The notes under the pieces: generated by a model
Seen by the model: only the letters and a program-made list of their open reading frames with translations
What the model was told of the DNA's origin: nothing
Databases searched by the model: none
From: an uncultured Planctomycetota bacterium
GTDB taxonomy: Bacteria; Planctomycetota; Planctomycetia; Pirellulales; Lacipirellulaceae
Assembly (NCBI GenBank): GCA_963719315.1
Contig: CAVRBU010000004.1
Span: forward strand, 352,001 to 416,000
DNA length: 64,000 nt
Direction of reading: 5' to 3'
Position numbers and translations under genes: made by a program
Shown here: positions 41,576 to 51,780 of the stretch, one piece after another
Numbering within the stretch: the stretch's first letter is position 1
How the letters are laid out: each line of letters opens with the position of its first letter

Positions 41576-42139
41576 ATGCGATTTGTTCGCGCTTGCTGTT
41601 GGCCGACGATTGTCGCGCTCACGATGGTGTGCGTCGTGGGTTGCAGTGCGGAAGCGCAGCGGTACATTCGCTTTCCAAACCTAATCCACCCGGGGCCCGC
41701 GGCCGTTCAGCGGGCGGAAGCGATTCAGCACGATCCGTATCCGCTCAACGATATAGGGCCTGAGATCGTGGGTGGTCGACCGCTGGCGTATCAACAGCCG
41801 TTGACGGAGGTGGACCGAGCGAGACTGCTTCCCAGTCGCCCAGTCGTCTTACAGCCGGCGCCGGTTCCCGGGGCGACGGTTTTTGCTCCGCCAGTGGGTA
41901 GTTCGCCGTTTGCCGTCGCGCCTGCACAGCCGGGCGCGCCGCTTGCCCCCGCTCCGATGGCGCCTTCGGCACAGCCAATGCCTGGACCGCCGGTGGTAAC
42001 GTCTGCCATTCCCGCCGCGCCGGCGCCAGTAGCGGCGCCGTATTCGGTGCCGCCCGCCCCGGTGATAACGTCGCCATATCCTGCCGCGGCGGCGCCCCCT
42101 GCCGGACCGCTGCCTCTTCAGCCGCGCGCTCCGTATTAA
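41576..42139 (+). CDS. Lipoprotein with Pro/Ala-rich C-terminal tail
   Basis: Lipobox VVGC; HDPYPLNDIGPEIVGGRP; Pro-rich tail. Confidence 0.7.
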   Translation: MRFVRACCWPTIVALTMVCVVGCSAEAQRYIRFPNLIHPGPAAVQRAEAIQHDPYPLNDIGPEIVGGRPLAYQQPLTEVDRARLLPSRPVVLQPAPVPGATVFAPPVGSSPFAVAPAQPGAPLAPAPMAPSAQPMPGPPVVTSAIPAAPAPVAAPYSVPPAPVITSPYPAAAAPPAGPLPLQPRAPY

Positions 42140-42257
42140 CACGGTTGCGATGTTCGGCAGAACACTGCCCCTATAAATCGGTCGGCGTGGCACTTATCAT
42201 AGGTTATCCGCCCAAACGCCTGTTTCGGCGAGGACGCACGCTTGGTAATGAATCAAA

Positions 42258-43220
42258 ATGCGATCGCGCGACTCACAGCCTGGCAATCGATTTTCAGCGC
42301 GACCCAAGCGTTCGCGGCCGTTTCGTGTGCCAGTGAGGCAATCGAAAGACTCGACTGAAGAAAGTTCGTCGGTGGAAGGGGGCGATCGGCTGCAAAAGGT
42401 TTTGGCCCAGGCGGGCATCGCCAGCCGGCGGGAGTGTGAAGAACTGATTCGCGAGGGCCGCATTGAAGTGGACCGGCATGTCGTGACGGAGTTGGGCACG
42501 CGCGTCGATCCGCAGCGTCAAGAAATTCGCGTTGATGGCGAGGCACTTGCACGACAGAAGCTTGTGTACTTTGCCGTTCATAAGCCAGTGGGAGTCGTTT
42601 GCACGTCGCGCGATCCGGCCGGCCGGCCGCGGGTGATCGACATGCTGCCGCCGAACACGCCGCGCGCGTTTTGCGTGGGCCGTCTTGATCTCGCGACGGA
42701 AGGGCTGATCCTCGTTACCAACGATGGCGAGCTAGCGAACGGCCTGACGCATCCGCGGCACGGCGTGGAGAAAGTCTACCACGTGCAGGTTGCGGGCGAG
42801 GTGAAGCACGAGGTGCTGGCTAAGCTTCATAAGGGAGTTCATCTGGCCGAAGGCTACGCGAAAGTGAAGCACGTGCGGATCAAGAGTCGCAGGAAGCGCT
42901 CGACGATATTGGAAATGGTACTGGATGAAGGACGCAACCGCGAAGTTCGCCGCTTGTTGGCCCGCGTGGGGCATAAGGTGCAGCGGCTCACACGGATTGC
43001 CGTTGGGCCGGTGCGGCTGGGAGAGTTGCCGGCGGGCGCCGTGCGGCCGCTGTTGAAGAAGGAAATCGTGGCGCTGGAGGCGGCCATCGCACACGGGCCC
43101 CGAAAAGTTAACGAATCTGATCAAGGAGTTGATGGGCCACGCCGCAAGCCGCAGGGAAGGGCAAAAGCTAGCCACAAAGACAGCAGAGATCAGAGCCAGA
43201 AAAGAGTCATCCTTGGTTGA
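42258..43220 (+). CDS. rRNA pseudouridine synthase (RsuA/RluB family, S4 domain)
   Basis: RLQKVLAQAGIASRRECEELI, HKPVG, VGRLD, LTHPRHGVEKVY, EGRNREVRR. Confidence 0.92.
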   Translation: MRSRDSQPGNRFSARPKRSRPFRVPVRQSKDSTEESSSVEGGDRLQKVLAQAGIASRRECEELIREGRIEVDRHVVTELGTRVDPQRQEIRVDGEALARQKLVYFAVHKPVGVVCTSRDPAGRPRVIDMLPPNTPRAFCVGRLDLATEGLILVTNDGELANGLTHPRHGVEKVYHVQVAGEVKHEVLAKLHKGVHLAEGYAKVKHVRIKSRRKRSTILEMVLDEGRNREVRRLLARVGHKVQRLTRIAVGPVRLGELPAGAVRPLLKKEIVALEAAIAHGPRKVNESDQGVDGPRRKPQGRAKASHKDSRDQSQKRVILG

Positions 43221-43288
43221 GGATTTGCTTTTCTGAGTGCTCGGCGAACTCTGAGCGATTGCGTTTTGTAGCGACATGGAGGAATGCA

Positions 43289-44185
43289 TTGGCCAGTATT
43301 GCCCCAATTGCTCGCAACCCGCTTCACGCGGATTTTTATGCGGACAACGCTTCTCAGTTGCGGGTACGCGTGATCGAAAATGTGCGGCTGGCGCGCGACA
43401 CGTACCGCGTTCGCTTCGAGTGCCCGGAGATTGCGCGGGGGATTGTGCCGGGGCAGTTCGTCATGCTGCGTTTGGCCGATTTAAACGATCCGCTGCTAGG
43501 GCGGCCGTTGGCGCTGTACGACGTTGTGCGCGATGAGAGTGGCAAGGCGACCGCGATCGACGTCGTCTATTTGACGCTCGGCAAGATGACCCATCGACTC
43601 GCGCGGTTTTCGCCCGGCGACGAGCTTGATATTTGGGGGCCGCTGGGCAATGGGTTTCCACCGCGGGCGGCCGATCATCTCATCATGGTCGCCGGCGGGA
43701 TCGGCCAAACGCCTTTTTTGGCGCTCGGCCAGGAGTATTTGGGACTGCGCGCGTACGGCGATCCGCCGCGTTCCTTGCCGCGGGCTCGGCGAGTGACGTT
43801 GTGTTATGGAGTGCGGTCGGCCGAGTTGATGGCGGGCGTGCCCGACTTCGAGGCGGCTGGGTTTGATGTTCGCCTCAGCAGCGATGATGGGTCGGTGGGC
43901 CATCATGGGCTGGTGACCGATGTTCTAAGGGAAGTGCTCGATAAGCCGGCAAGCGGAGAGCGGCTTGTCGTGTGCTGCGGGCCGGAACCGATGATGCACG
44001 CGGTGGCCGAGTTGTGCGGGCTGATGGAGACGCCGTGCCTCGTCTCGCTGGAAACGCCGATGGCCTGCGGCATCGGCATCTGCTTTAGTTGCGTGACCAA
44101 GGTCCGCCAACCCGATGGCGGTTGGGACTGGAAGCGGACGTGCGTCGAGGGGCCGATCTTCGATGCGGCAAAGATCGAGTGGTGA
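43289..44185 (+). CDS. pyrK: Dihydroorotate dehydrogenase electron transfer subunit
   Basis: PGQFVML, GPLGNGF, VAGGIG, CGPEPMM, MACGIGICFSC..CVEGP. Confidence 0.88.
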   Translation: MASIAPIARNPLHADFYADNASQLRVRVIENVRLARDTYRVRFECPEIARGIVPGQFVMLRLADLNDPLLGRPLALYDVVRDESGKATAIDVVYLTLGKMTHRLARFSPGDELDIWGPLGNGFPPRAADHLIMVAGGIGQTPFLALGQEYLGLRAYGDPPRSLPRARRVTLCYGVRSAELMAGVPDFEAAGFDVRLSSDDGSVGHHGLVTDVLREVLDKPASGERLVVCCGPEPMMHAVAELCGLMETPCLVSLETPMACGIGICFSCVTKVRQPDGGWDWKRTCVEGPIFDAAKIEW

Positions 44186-44249
44186 TCAGCAACGGTTGCC
44201 GCATCACCCCTGCTCGCGCAGGCTGCAATCCTTGGTTGCGCAGGAGGGC

Positions 44250-44519
44250 CTATTTGGCTTTAAGGCCCTTAATCACGTGCGAGAGCCGCGACTTGGTGCG
44301 GGCGGCGGCGTTGGCGTGGATCACTCGATTGCCGGCGGCCTGGTCGAGCTTTTTCACGAGCGTGCGATACTCGGCTACGCTCTCGTTAAGATTCTTGGCC
44401 TTGATGGCTTCGCGAACTTTCCGCATCTGGGCGCAAAGGCGCGACTTGGTGGAACGATTGCTGGCGCGGCGAACTGCGTCTTGCCGCATGCGTTTTTTGG
44501 CGCTGGATGTATTGGGCAT
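44250..44519 (-). CDS. rpsT: 30S ribosomal protein S20
   Basis: MPNTSSAKKRMRQ..NRSTKSRL..LDQAA..IHANAAARTKSRL. Confidence 0.95.
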   Translation of the reverse strand: MPNTSSAKKRMRQDAVRRASNRSTKSRLCAQMRKVREAIKAKNLNESVAEYRTLVKKLDQAAGNRVIHANAAARTKSRLSHVIKGLKAK

Positions 44520-44639
44520 GTTCGGGTGTTGGTTGTCCGTAGTCAGTTGTCCGAAGTAGGGTTCCACAGAACCGAGATTCCGTGGCCAACTATAGCACGC
44601 AAGAAACGGCTTGCAGCGGACATCGGACAAATTTCAGAA

Positions 44640-46091
44640 TCACCCACTATCGCGTAAAGCGGCCAGTTTGTCTAGCCTTTCCGCGACGTCGCGATAGCCG
44701 AAGTCCATGGCGGCCAGTTGGGTGAGGTATTTTTCAGCTTTCTCGCGGTCCTTCAATTCGGCGGCCAGAACGCCGGCCCGATATAAGGCCAATTTTTTCG
44801 TATCCGCCTGGAAATCGTCGGAAGCCTGTACAGCGGCCTCGTAGCTCCCCAGGGCTAATGTGAATTGTTTGACGTACTGAAACGATTCGCCTAGATGGAG
44901 CTGAACTTGGGCCTTGTGGCGGCTTTCGTCGCGGGCTGCTTGGAAGGCTTGGATGGCTTCTTTGAACTTGCCCGCTTTTTTGCAGCGCAAGCCGAGTTCG
45001 TATTGCAGCATCGAGTTGCCCGGATTGCGTTCGACGCGGGCGGCGTAGACTTCCAATTCCGCCTGATTGGCCTGAACCGTCATGCGTTTTGCCAAGTCGA
45101 TTGCATCCGCCGTTTTATCGCGTTCGGCCCGGCTCTGTGCGACGGCCACCCGGTGTTGAGCCAGTCGCAGGTGGGCGTCTTCTAGTTTTTCGCGGATCTG
45201 CAAATCGCCGCCGCCGGAGGCGGCTAGCACGCGGGTGAGAATCTCCGAGGCCTCGCGCAAGCGGTTTTGTCCGTTGAATAGTTCGGCAAGTTCCAGGTAA
45301 TTGGCCGTCTCGGCGGGCTGGCTTTCGATCGCGGCGAGCAACTCTTTTTCGCGGCCGCCGTCCGTTTTGTCAGACTTCGATGAGGTTGTCTTGGGAGCAT
45401 CGGCTCGGCCTTGCGAGACACGCTCACGGGTGGAGTCTTCCATCTCCTTCGATGCCGCGGCGGTCGCGTGGAGCATGTCTTGGTTGTAGCCGCCTTTTTG
45501 AATCGTCTTTTCGACGCTTAACTTCGAAATCGCCTTAGCGGCTTCTTCATCGTTCGGCTTGCCTTGCTCGACGCGACGCCAACAACTGATGGCCTGATCG
45601 AACTGACCGAGCCGAGTGAGAATATCGGCCGCCTTGCGATTGACGGTCAGGTCTGCGGGCGCGGCATCGAGCGCCCATCGGAGCACGAAGAGTTGGCATT
45701 CGTCGCTGCCGATTTGTTGATAGGCTTCGGCCACATCCAGCAGAGTCGAGGTCTCCCAAGGATTGGCTTTGAAGGCCTCACAGGCGGCGGTGAAGGCTTC
45801 GCGCCATTGCCCTTTGCCGGCCGCTTTGTTGAGTGTCATTCGCGTGGTTTTGGTACGCAGACCGGCGAAGCGGGAACCTTTCTTGTTGTTGCCGTATTTC
45901 TGGGCGAGATTGCCGAGGAAGTGTTGCAAATAAATCAAGTTGGCCGGATCTTCCACGAGGCACTGTGCGAACAAGTCGTGCGCGTAGTCGTAGTCGGCCT
46001 TTTCGGCGCTGCGCTTTCCGTGCTCGAACACGGCTTGCAATCGCTGGCGCACGGCCGTGGAAACCGGCGGCAAAGTATTGCGAGTCGACAT
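44640..46091 (-). CDS. Tetratricopeptide-repeat protein
   Basis: Helical TPR-like repeats (LGQFDQAISCW, YELGLRCKKAGKFKEAIQAF, DFGYRDV). Confidence 0.8.
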   Translation of the reverse strand: MSTRNTLPPVSTAVRQRLQAVFEHGKRSAEKADYDYAHDLFAQCLVEDPANLIYLQHFLGNLAQKYGNNKKGSRFAGLRTKTTRMTLNKAAGKGQWREAFTAACEAFKANPWETSTLLDVAEAYQQIGSDECQLFVLRWALDAAPADLTVNRKAADILTRLGQFDQAISCWRRVEQGKPNDEEAAKAISKLSVEKTIQKGGYNQDMLHATAAASKEMEDSTRERVSQGRADAPKTTSSKSDKTDGGREKELLAAIESQPAETANYLELAELFNGQNRLREASEILTRVLAASGGGDLQIREKLEDAHLRLAQHRVAVAQSRAERDKTADAIDLAKRMTVQANQAELEVYAARVERNPGNSMLQYELGLRCKKAGKFKEAIQAFQAARDESRHKAQVQLHLGESFQYVKQFTLALGSYEAAVQASDDFQADTKKLALYRAGVLAAELKDREKAEKYLTQLAAMDFGYRDVAERLDKLAALRDSG

Positions 46092-46393
46092 GTGGCATCA
46101 GCCCTTCGAAGAACGCTCAGGGTGCCGCTGGCGCTACCAGTGTTACGACGCCACTGCGAATATTTGTATGCAGTGCTATTTGTCGCGCCACGCTGCGAGG
46201 CTATCGCACCGCTGGAAGTTGCTAACCATTTCCCGCCGCAAGGTGCTCGCCGCGACGCATCACTACTGCACCCAGGCGTACCTAGCCAGCAGTGGCACCC
46301 GATCAGCTTTCATTCTACCAAGTGGCTATCATCGCACAATCTGATGAGTTACCGTAAGTTTAGAAGCACACAGTAGTTCGGCGCGGGGCATCC

Positions 46394-47911
46394 ATGATCG
46401 AATCTAGCGGCAAAGTGTATCTCGTCGGCGCGGGGCCGGGCGACCCTGGGTTGCTGACACTGCGCGGGGCCGAATGCCTGCGCGAGGCCGATGTCGTTCT
46501 GTACGATTACCTGGCCGCTCCGGAATTGCTGACGCACACGCGGCCTGGAGCCGAGCTTGTTTGTCTGGGCCGGCACGGACACGGCCGGTTGATGTCTCAG
46601 ACCGAAACCAGCGAGGCCATGATACGCCCCGCAGTTGAAGGTCGGACGGTGGTGAGATTGAAAGGTGGCGATCCGGCAATTTTTGCCCGGCTGGCGGAGG
46701 AACTTGATGCGCTCGAATCGGCGGGTGTGCCGTATGAGATCGTGCCCGGCGTAACGGCTGCATCAGCGGCAAGCAGCCACGCGGGCGTGCCGCTTACAAA
46801 TCGGGATGAGGCATCCTGCGTGGCGTTCGTGACGGGCCAAGAATGTGGCAACAAGCGGCCAGGCGAAGCGCTCGATTACGCCGCGTTGGCCAATTTCCCC
46901 GGCACGCTGGTGTTTTACATGGGTATCACGACGGCCTCGCAGTGGAGCACCGCGTTGGTCGAGCACGGCAAGCCGGCGGAAACGCCGGTGGCGATTGTGC
47001 GGCGTACGTCACTGCCCGATCAAGAGACGATCTTTACGACGTTGGGTAAGTTGCCAAGTCTGCTGACGAAAAGCAAGCTGCGGCCGCCGGCCGTCGTCGT
47101 CGTGGGAGACGTCGCCCGCGAACGGTCCCAATTTAGCTGGTTCAATACGCGGCCGATGTTCGGGAGAACGGTGCTCGTGACGCGGCCTGAGCATCAAGCC
47201 GACAATCTTTCTCATCGCTTGCGCAATCTAGGCGCTAACGTGTTGTGCCAGCCGGCGATCGAAATCACGCCGCCGGCCGATTGGTCGCCCGTCGACACGG
47301 CGATCGGGCGACTCGGGAATTTCGATTGGCTGGTGTTCTCCAGCAGCAACGGCGTGCATTTTTTCATGCAACGGTTGTTTACGCGCGGCCACGACACGCG
47401 GCGGTTGGGCGGAGCAAAACTGGCCGCCATCGGGCCGGCTACGTTGGAAGCACTCTCAAAGTTTCATCTAACGGCGGATGTGCAACCGGACACATACCGG
47501 GCCGAAGCCTTGGCCGAGGCGCTTGTTCCACACGTTCGCGGAAAGCGCGTTCTGCTGCTGCGGGCTAGTCGCGGGCGCGAGGTGTTGGCCGAAATGCTGT
47601 CGGCCGCGGGCGCCGTGGTCGAACAAGTCGTGGTCTACGAAAGTCGCGACGTAACTTCGCCCGAGGCAGATGTCGCGGCGGCTCTTGAGGCCGGGAATAT
47701 CGACTTTACAACCGTCACAAGTTCCGCAATTGCCCGCAGTCTCGTAGGTATGTTCGGCGCATCGCTCAGGAAAACGCGACTGGCGGCGATCAGCCCGCTA
47801 ACGGGGGAAGTACTCGCGGAACTCGGTTTTCCGCCGGCGATTGTGGCGAATCAGTACACGAGCGACGGATTAGCGACGGCAATTCTCGCCGCCACGTCTG
47901 GCGAAGTTTGA
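46394..47911 (+). CDS. cobA: Fused uroporphyrinogen-III C-methyltransferase / uroporphyrinogen-III synthase (CobA-HemD)
   Basis: VYLVGAGPGDPGLLT, VVRLKGGDP, IVPGVTA; VLVTRP, WLVFSSSNGV, AIGPAT, TSSA. Confidence 0.92.
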   Translation: MIESSGKVYLVGAGPGDPGLLTLRGAECLREADVVLYDYLAAPELLTHTRPGAELVCLGRHGHGRLMSQTETSEAMIRPAVEGRTVVRLKGGDPAIFARLAEELDALESAGVPYEIVPGVTAASAASSHAGVPLTNRDEASCVAFVTGQECGNKRPGEALDYAALANFPGTLVFYMGITTASQWSTALVEHGKPAETPVAIVRRTSLPDQETIFTTLGKLPSLLTKSKLRPPAVVVVGDVARERSQFSWFNTRPMFGRTVLVTRPEHQADNLSHRLRNLGANVLCQPAIEITPPADWSPVDTAIGRLGNFDWLVFSSSNGVHFFMQRLFTRGHDTRRLGGAKLAAIGPATLEALSKFHLTADVQPDTYRAEALAEALVPHVRGKRVLLLRASRGREVLAEMLSAAGAVVEQVVVYESRDVTSPEADVAAALEAGNIDFTTVTSSAIARSLVGMFGASLRKTRLAAISPLTGEVLAELGFPPAIVANQYTSDGLATAILAATSGEV

Positions 47912-48016
47912 CGTTGACGAAGAATCTCATTGGTACCCTGATTAGGACCATCACGGCAAGTTTGCGGCGAAACGTCTGACGTTTGATGAATCGTGCGCCA
48001 ACGTCCGATGCTATCT

Positions 48017-48083
48017 GTAGGTCGGGCTTTAGCCTGACGACCGTAGGTCGGGCCGAAAGTCGTTAGACTAAAGCCTGACCTAC
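48017..48083. repeat. GTAG-type REP doublet (different family)
   Basis: gtaggtcgggctttagcctgac ... gttagactaaagcctgacctac. Confidence 0.7.
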
Positions 48084-48230
48084 TGCATCCGCTGGGCGTG
48101 AACTGCGAGCGCGCCGGGCGATACACCGTGCCGGTTCATGATGGACCGGTCCTCGATTGGCAAGGACGTTTGTTCCCCCCACTTGCCTGCCATCCTTCCC
48201 CACCGCTCGCGCTCTTTGGGAGCCAGTGTT

Positions 48231-48479
48231 ATGTCCGGTGAATTCCCCGCCGCATCGCCAAAGGTTCGTGCAACCTTGTACTTGCCGCAGGATTTGCTGG
48301 AAGAAGCCCGCGATGCGGCCGTCCATTTGGGCGGCTTCCCATTACGGCTTACGCTCACGAAGTTTGCGGAGCGCGCCTTTCGTGCCGAATTGCAGAGGCT
48401 CAAAGATACATACAACGCCGGCTGCGACTTTCCGCCGAGAGACGAGGATTTGAAGGGTGGCCGACCCATCGCAGCGTAG
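48231..48479 (+). CDS. Small ribbon-helix-helix-like DNA-binding protein
   Basis: KVRATLYLPQDLLEEARDA..TLTKFAERAFRAELQRLKDTYNAG.DFP..LKGGRP; start may be 48138. Confidence 0.65.
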   Translation: MSGEFPAASPKVRATLYLPQDLLEEARDAAVHLGGFPLRLTLTKFAERAFRAELQRLKDTYNAGCDFPPRDEDLKGGRPIAA

Positions 48480-48495
48480 CGAGAAAGAGTTTCCC

Positions 48496-48741
48496 ATGCT
48501 CCGCAGTATAAAACGCAACGGCGGCAAACCCGTCGTAAAACTGTATCCGCGGTTAGCGACCGTGAATGCAGTGCAAAAATTAGTGACGCTCGATCGACGA
48601 CCGGCCGCCGGTCGTGAACACATTGTCGCAGTGCTTAGCGAGCGCGACGCCGAAACAATCCAAGTTCGAGCACGATTGTTGCAAATGATCTTGGACAACG
48701 AGCGAACTCGCCACAACGCGTGGCGACCGAACGCGAGTTGA
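48496..48741 (+). CDS. Small hypothetical protein
   Basis: 81-aa ORF filling the gap between co-oriented genes, purine-rich upstream sequence. Confidence 0.45.
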   Translation: MLRSIKRNGGKPVVKLYPRLATVNAVQKLVTLDRRPAAGREHIVAVLSERDAETIQVRARLLQMILDNERTRHNAWRPNAS

Positions 48742-48814
48742 GAGCGATTGAAATTAGTCTATTTGAATGAGATCTTTGCTTGAAATATCCGCTTGAGAGA
48801 TCTCGGCTGCTTCG

Positions 48815-49848
48815 ATGTCTTACGGCTTTCGAAAACTTCTGGTTTGCGCGTGTTTGATCGCGGCAGGAGCGAACAACACTACCGCGGCTGCATGGCCGTT
48901 TCTGTTCGGGGGCGGCCACCAGGCGGTTTATGACTCGTTGCCAGGCGATGCGAAGCCGCATCCGTCCGTCGCGCGGATCATTGTGCCGGAGGATGGCTCG
49001 ACGGCGTTTGGGAGCGGGACGCTGGTCGGCGTTCGCGATCAGCACGGTTTGGTCGTCACGAATTGGCACGTCGTGCGGGACGCGGTCGGACTGGTGGAAG
49101 TCGTATTTCCGGATGGCTTCCGGTCGCACGCGCGGCCGCTCAAGGTTGACCAAGATTGGGACCTGGCGGCGCTAGTGATCTGGCGGCCCAATGTAGAGCC
49201 AGTGAAGATTGCGGCGCGACCGCCGCGGCCGGGCGATTTGCTCACGATCCACGGTTACGGTCGCGGCAAGTATCGCATCGCGACGGGCCGCTGCACGACG
49301 TACTATGCGCCGCAGCCGAATTTCCCGCATGAGATGGTGGAGCTGGATGTGGAAGCTCGCCAGGGCGATTCGGGCGGGCCGATATTCAACCAATCGGGCG
49401 AGTTGGCCGGCGTGTTGTTCGGGGCAGGGCAGGGGACCACGATGGGAAGCTTCGCCCCGCGCGTGCGAAATTTTCTAGCGGCGGTGGCGCCGGATATCGA
49501 CCATGCCAACTCGCAGACGCAGGTGGCTGTCGCGGATCGGCCGGCGCCGGTGGTTATCTTGCCGAATGGCGGCAAGGTGGATGAGTCGAGCTCCAGGTAT
49601 CCAAGCGCACCGTGGTCGCCGAGTTCACCGTGGTCGCCAAAAACGGGGACAGGAACGGCAACGAACAATCGATCTAGCGCCAGCGGTGCGAAACTAGCTT
49701 CTACTACCTCTCCGAACGAAGGGGCAAAGAATCAGTCGCTCTCCTGGAGCGACTTGGGCGCGCGGGTTGGTTCGAACCGCTGAAATCACTCTTGGCCGTC
49801 GTCGGGCTGGCGGCTATCGCGCTGCGATTGGTGAAGAAGATTCATTAA
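48815..49848 (+). CDS. Trypsin-like (S1) serine protease with signal peptide; probable frameshift near 49765 restoring a C-terminal TM anchor
   Basis: TNWHVV, DLAAL, GDSGGP; alternate frame WFEPLKSLLAVVGLAAIALRLVKKIH ends at 49848. Confidence 0.8.
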
Positions 49849-49891
49849 GAAGGCTCTCACAGAGTCACGACCCCTTCACATCTGAGTGAGA

Positions 49892-50386
49892 TCAGCTCAG
49901 CGCTGAGATCTTGGCGCGCAAATCGGGGATGATCACTTGCGGGATGAAGCGAGCCAGCTCGGCGTCGCTGGCGAGCGGCGTGATCTGTTTGATAAGCGAA
50001 CTCGAAACGTGTGAGAACTCTTCGTCGGCCATCAGAAAGACCGTCTCGATACTTGGGTCGAGCTTACGGTTGGCGAGTGTCATCGTGAACTCGGTGTCCA
50101 TGTCGGAGAGCGAACGGACTCCGCGAATGATGACGCGGGCGTTGCACTCGCGCACGAACTGGACGGCCAACCCGGCAAACTGACGAACTTCAACGTTCCC
50201 CAGCTGCTTGGTGACGCGCTCGACCAACTCGGCTCTTTCGTCGCCCGTGAACAGTGACTGCTTGTCAATGTTCGTGCCGATACCGACGATCAACCTATCG
50301 ACAAGCCGGCTGCTGCGCTCGATCACGTTGAGATGCCCGAGCGTAATCGGGTCGAAGGAACCAGTGTAGACGGCGCGGCGAGACAT
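49892..50386 (-). CDS. coaD: Phosphopantetheine adenylyltransferase
   Basis: AVYTGSFDPITLGH, IIRGVRSLSD, VSSSLIK. Confidence 0.95.
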   Translation of the reverse strand: MSRRAVYTGSFDPITLGHLNVIERSSRLVDRLIVGIGTNIDKQSLFTGDERAELVERVTKQLGNVEVRQFAGLAVQFVRECNARVIIRGVRSLSDMDTEFTMTLANRKLDPSIETVFLMADEEFSHVSSSLIKQITPLASDAELARFIPQVIIPDLRAKISALS

Positions 50387-50475
50387 GGGGATGAAGCTAT
50401 TAACTGTGAGCTATCAACTTTTAGCTAGAGGATTCAAAGGATTAGCTAATAGCTAAAAGCTATGAGCTGACAGTT

Positions 50476-51639
50476 TCAACTAAACGACGTCAGTGCCTCC
50501 ACCAACCGGTCGAGATCTTCTTCATTGTTGTATGCATGGGGGCTGATCCGCAATCGGCCAGCACGGCAGCCGAAGATCACGTTTTGTCGCAGGGCGTGGC
50601 GTTTGAGGGCCTTGGGGTCGCGGCCGGGTAGCTCGAACGCCACGATTCCAGAGCGTTGCTCGCCGTTTCGATGGTCCAGCCGGCGGTCGGAGACGATCGT
50701 GGCCCCGATTTCGGTCAGCCGCTCGCATGCTCGGTCGGTGATGTCAAGGATGGCCGCCGCGATGTTTTGGACTCCCAATTCATTGAGTAGTTTTATGCTC
50801 GCGCCGAACGCGAGAATGCCGCCGCTGTTTTGTGAACCTCCTTCGTAGCGGGCGGCGGTAGGCCGCAAGTTTAGTTCGATGTGCGTGAAATCCTGGGCGG
50901 GATTCACGCTATGCCAGCCGGGGCCAACAGCCCGCAGTTGATCGAGATGTTTGCGGCGGATGTAGGCGATGCCGGCGCCTTCCGGGCCGAGCAGCCACTT
51001 GTGCCCGTCAGCGGCCATGAAGTCGATGTCAAATTCGTTCACGTCGAGCGGAAACACGCCGAGGGCCTGAATGCCATCGAGAAACAAGAGCGCGCCGCGC
51101 TTGTGGGCGATATCGGCGATCCGCCGTACGTCTTGCCGGTAGCCGGTCGTGAAGCCGACCCAACTGATCGTGACGATCCGCGTTCTCGCGTCGCAGGCTT
51201 CAGCAAGCCGTTCCAGGTCGGGCCGGCCAGTGACGTCGGTCTGTACGAGCCGTGTTTCGACGCCGCGATTGGCGAGGTTCATCCACGGATAGACATTGGA
51301 CGGAAACTCATTGGCGAAAGTGACGACGTTGTCGCCTTCGCGCCAGTCGAGCCCTTCGGCAATGAGGCTGATGCCGCCGGTGGTGTTGCCGACCAGGGCG
51401 ATCTCGTCCGGATGGGCACCGATCATTTGCGCGGAAGAGGCCCGCATCGCTTCGATGCCCTTCACCCACTCGCCCCAAACGGGGTTGCCGATTTCGACGG
51501 CCTCCTTCAACCATCTCTGGAAAACGTCGGCCGTTGGGTGCGGAAGCGGCGCCATGGCCGCGTGGTCAAAATAGGCGTATTTCGCGGCGGCCGGCATTTC
51601 GGCTCGCAACCGCGCGCGCGTCTCATCAACCGATGTCAT
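50476..51639 (-). CDS. Class V PLP-dependent aminotransferase / cysteine desulfurase-like enzyme
   Basis: YFDHAAMAP, EFPSN, LDGIQ, ADGHKWLLGP, LRISPHAYN. Confidence 0.88.
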   Translation of the reverse strand: MTSVDETRARLRAEMPAAAKYAYFDHAAMAPLPHPTADVFQRWLKEAVEIGNPVWGEWVKGIEAMRASSAQMIGAHPDEIALVGNTTGGISLIAEGLDWREGDNVVTFANEFPSNVYPWMNLANRGVETRLVQTDVTGRPDLERLAEACDARTRIVTISWVGFTTGYRQDVRRIADIAHKRGALLFLDGIQALGVFPLDVNEFDIDFMAADGHKWLLGPEGAGIAYIRRKHLDQLRAVGPGWHSVNPAQDFTHIELNLRPTAARYEGGSQNSGGILAFGASIKLLNELGVQNIAAAILDITDRACERLTEIGATIVSDRRLDHRNGEQRSGIVAFELPGRDPKALKRHALRQNVIFGCRAGRLRISPHAYNNEEDLDRLVEALTSFS

Positions 51640-51780
51640 GCGATTTCCAAATAGTGAGAGGTGGCACGGAAAGCAACGGAAAGCAGGAGAGTCTGCCGCG
51701 CCAAATCATCGGGCGTTTGTCCTGAACGCCGAATTGCAGCGCTCCGATTTTAGCCGCAAATTTGCCGGGCGCTAACGGGC

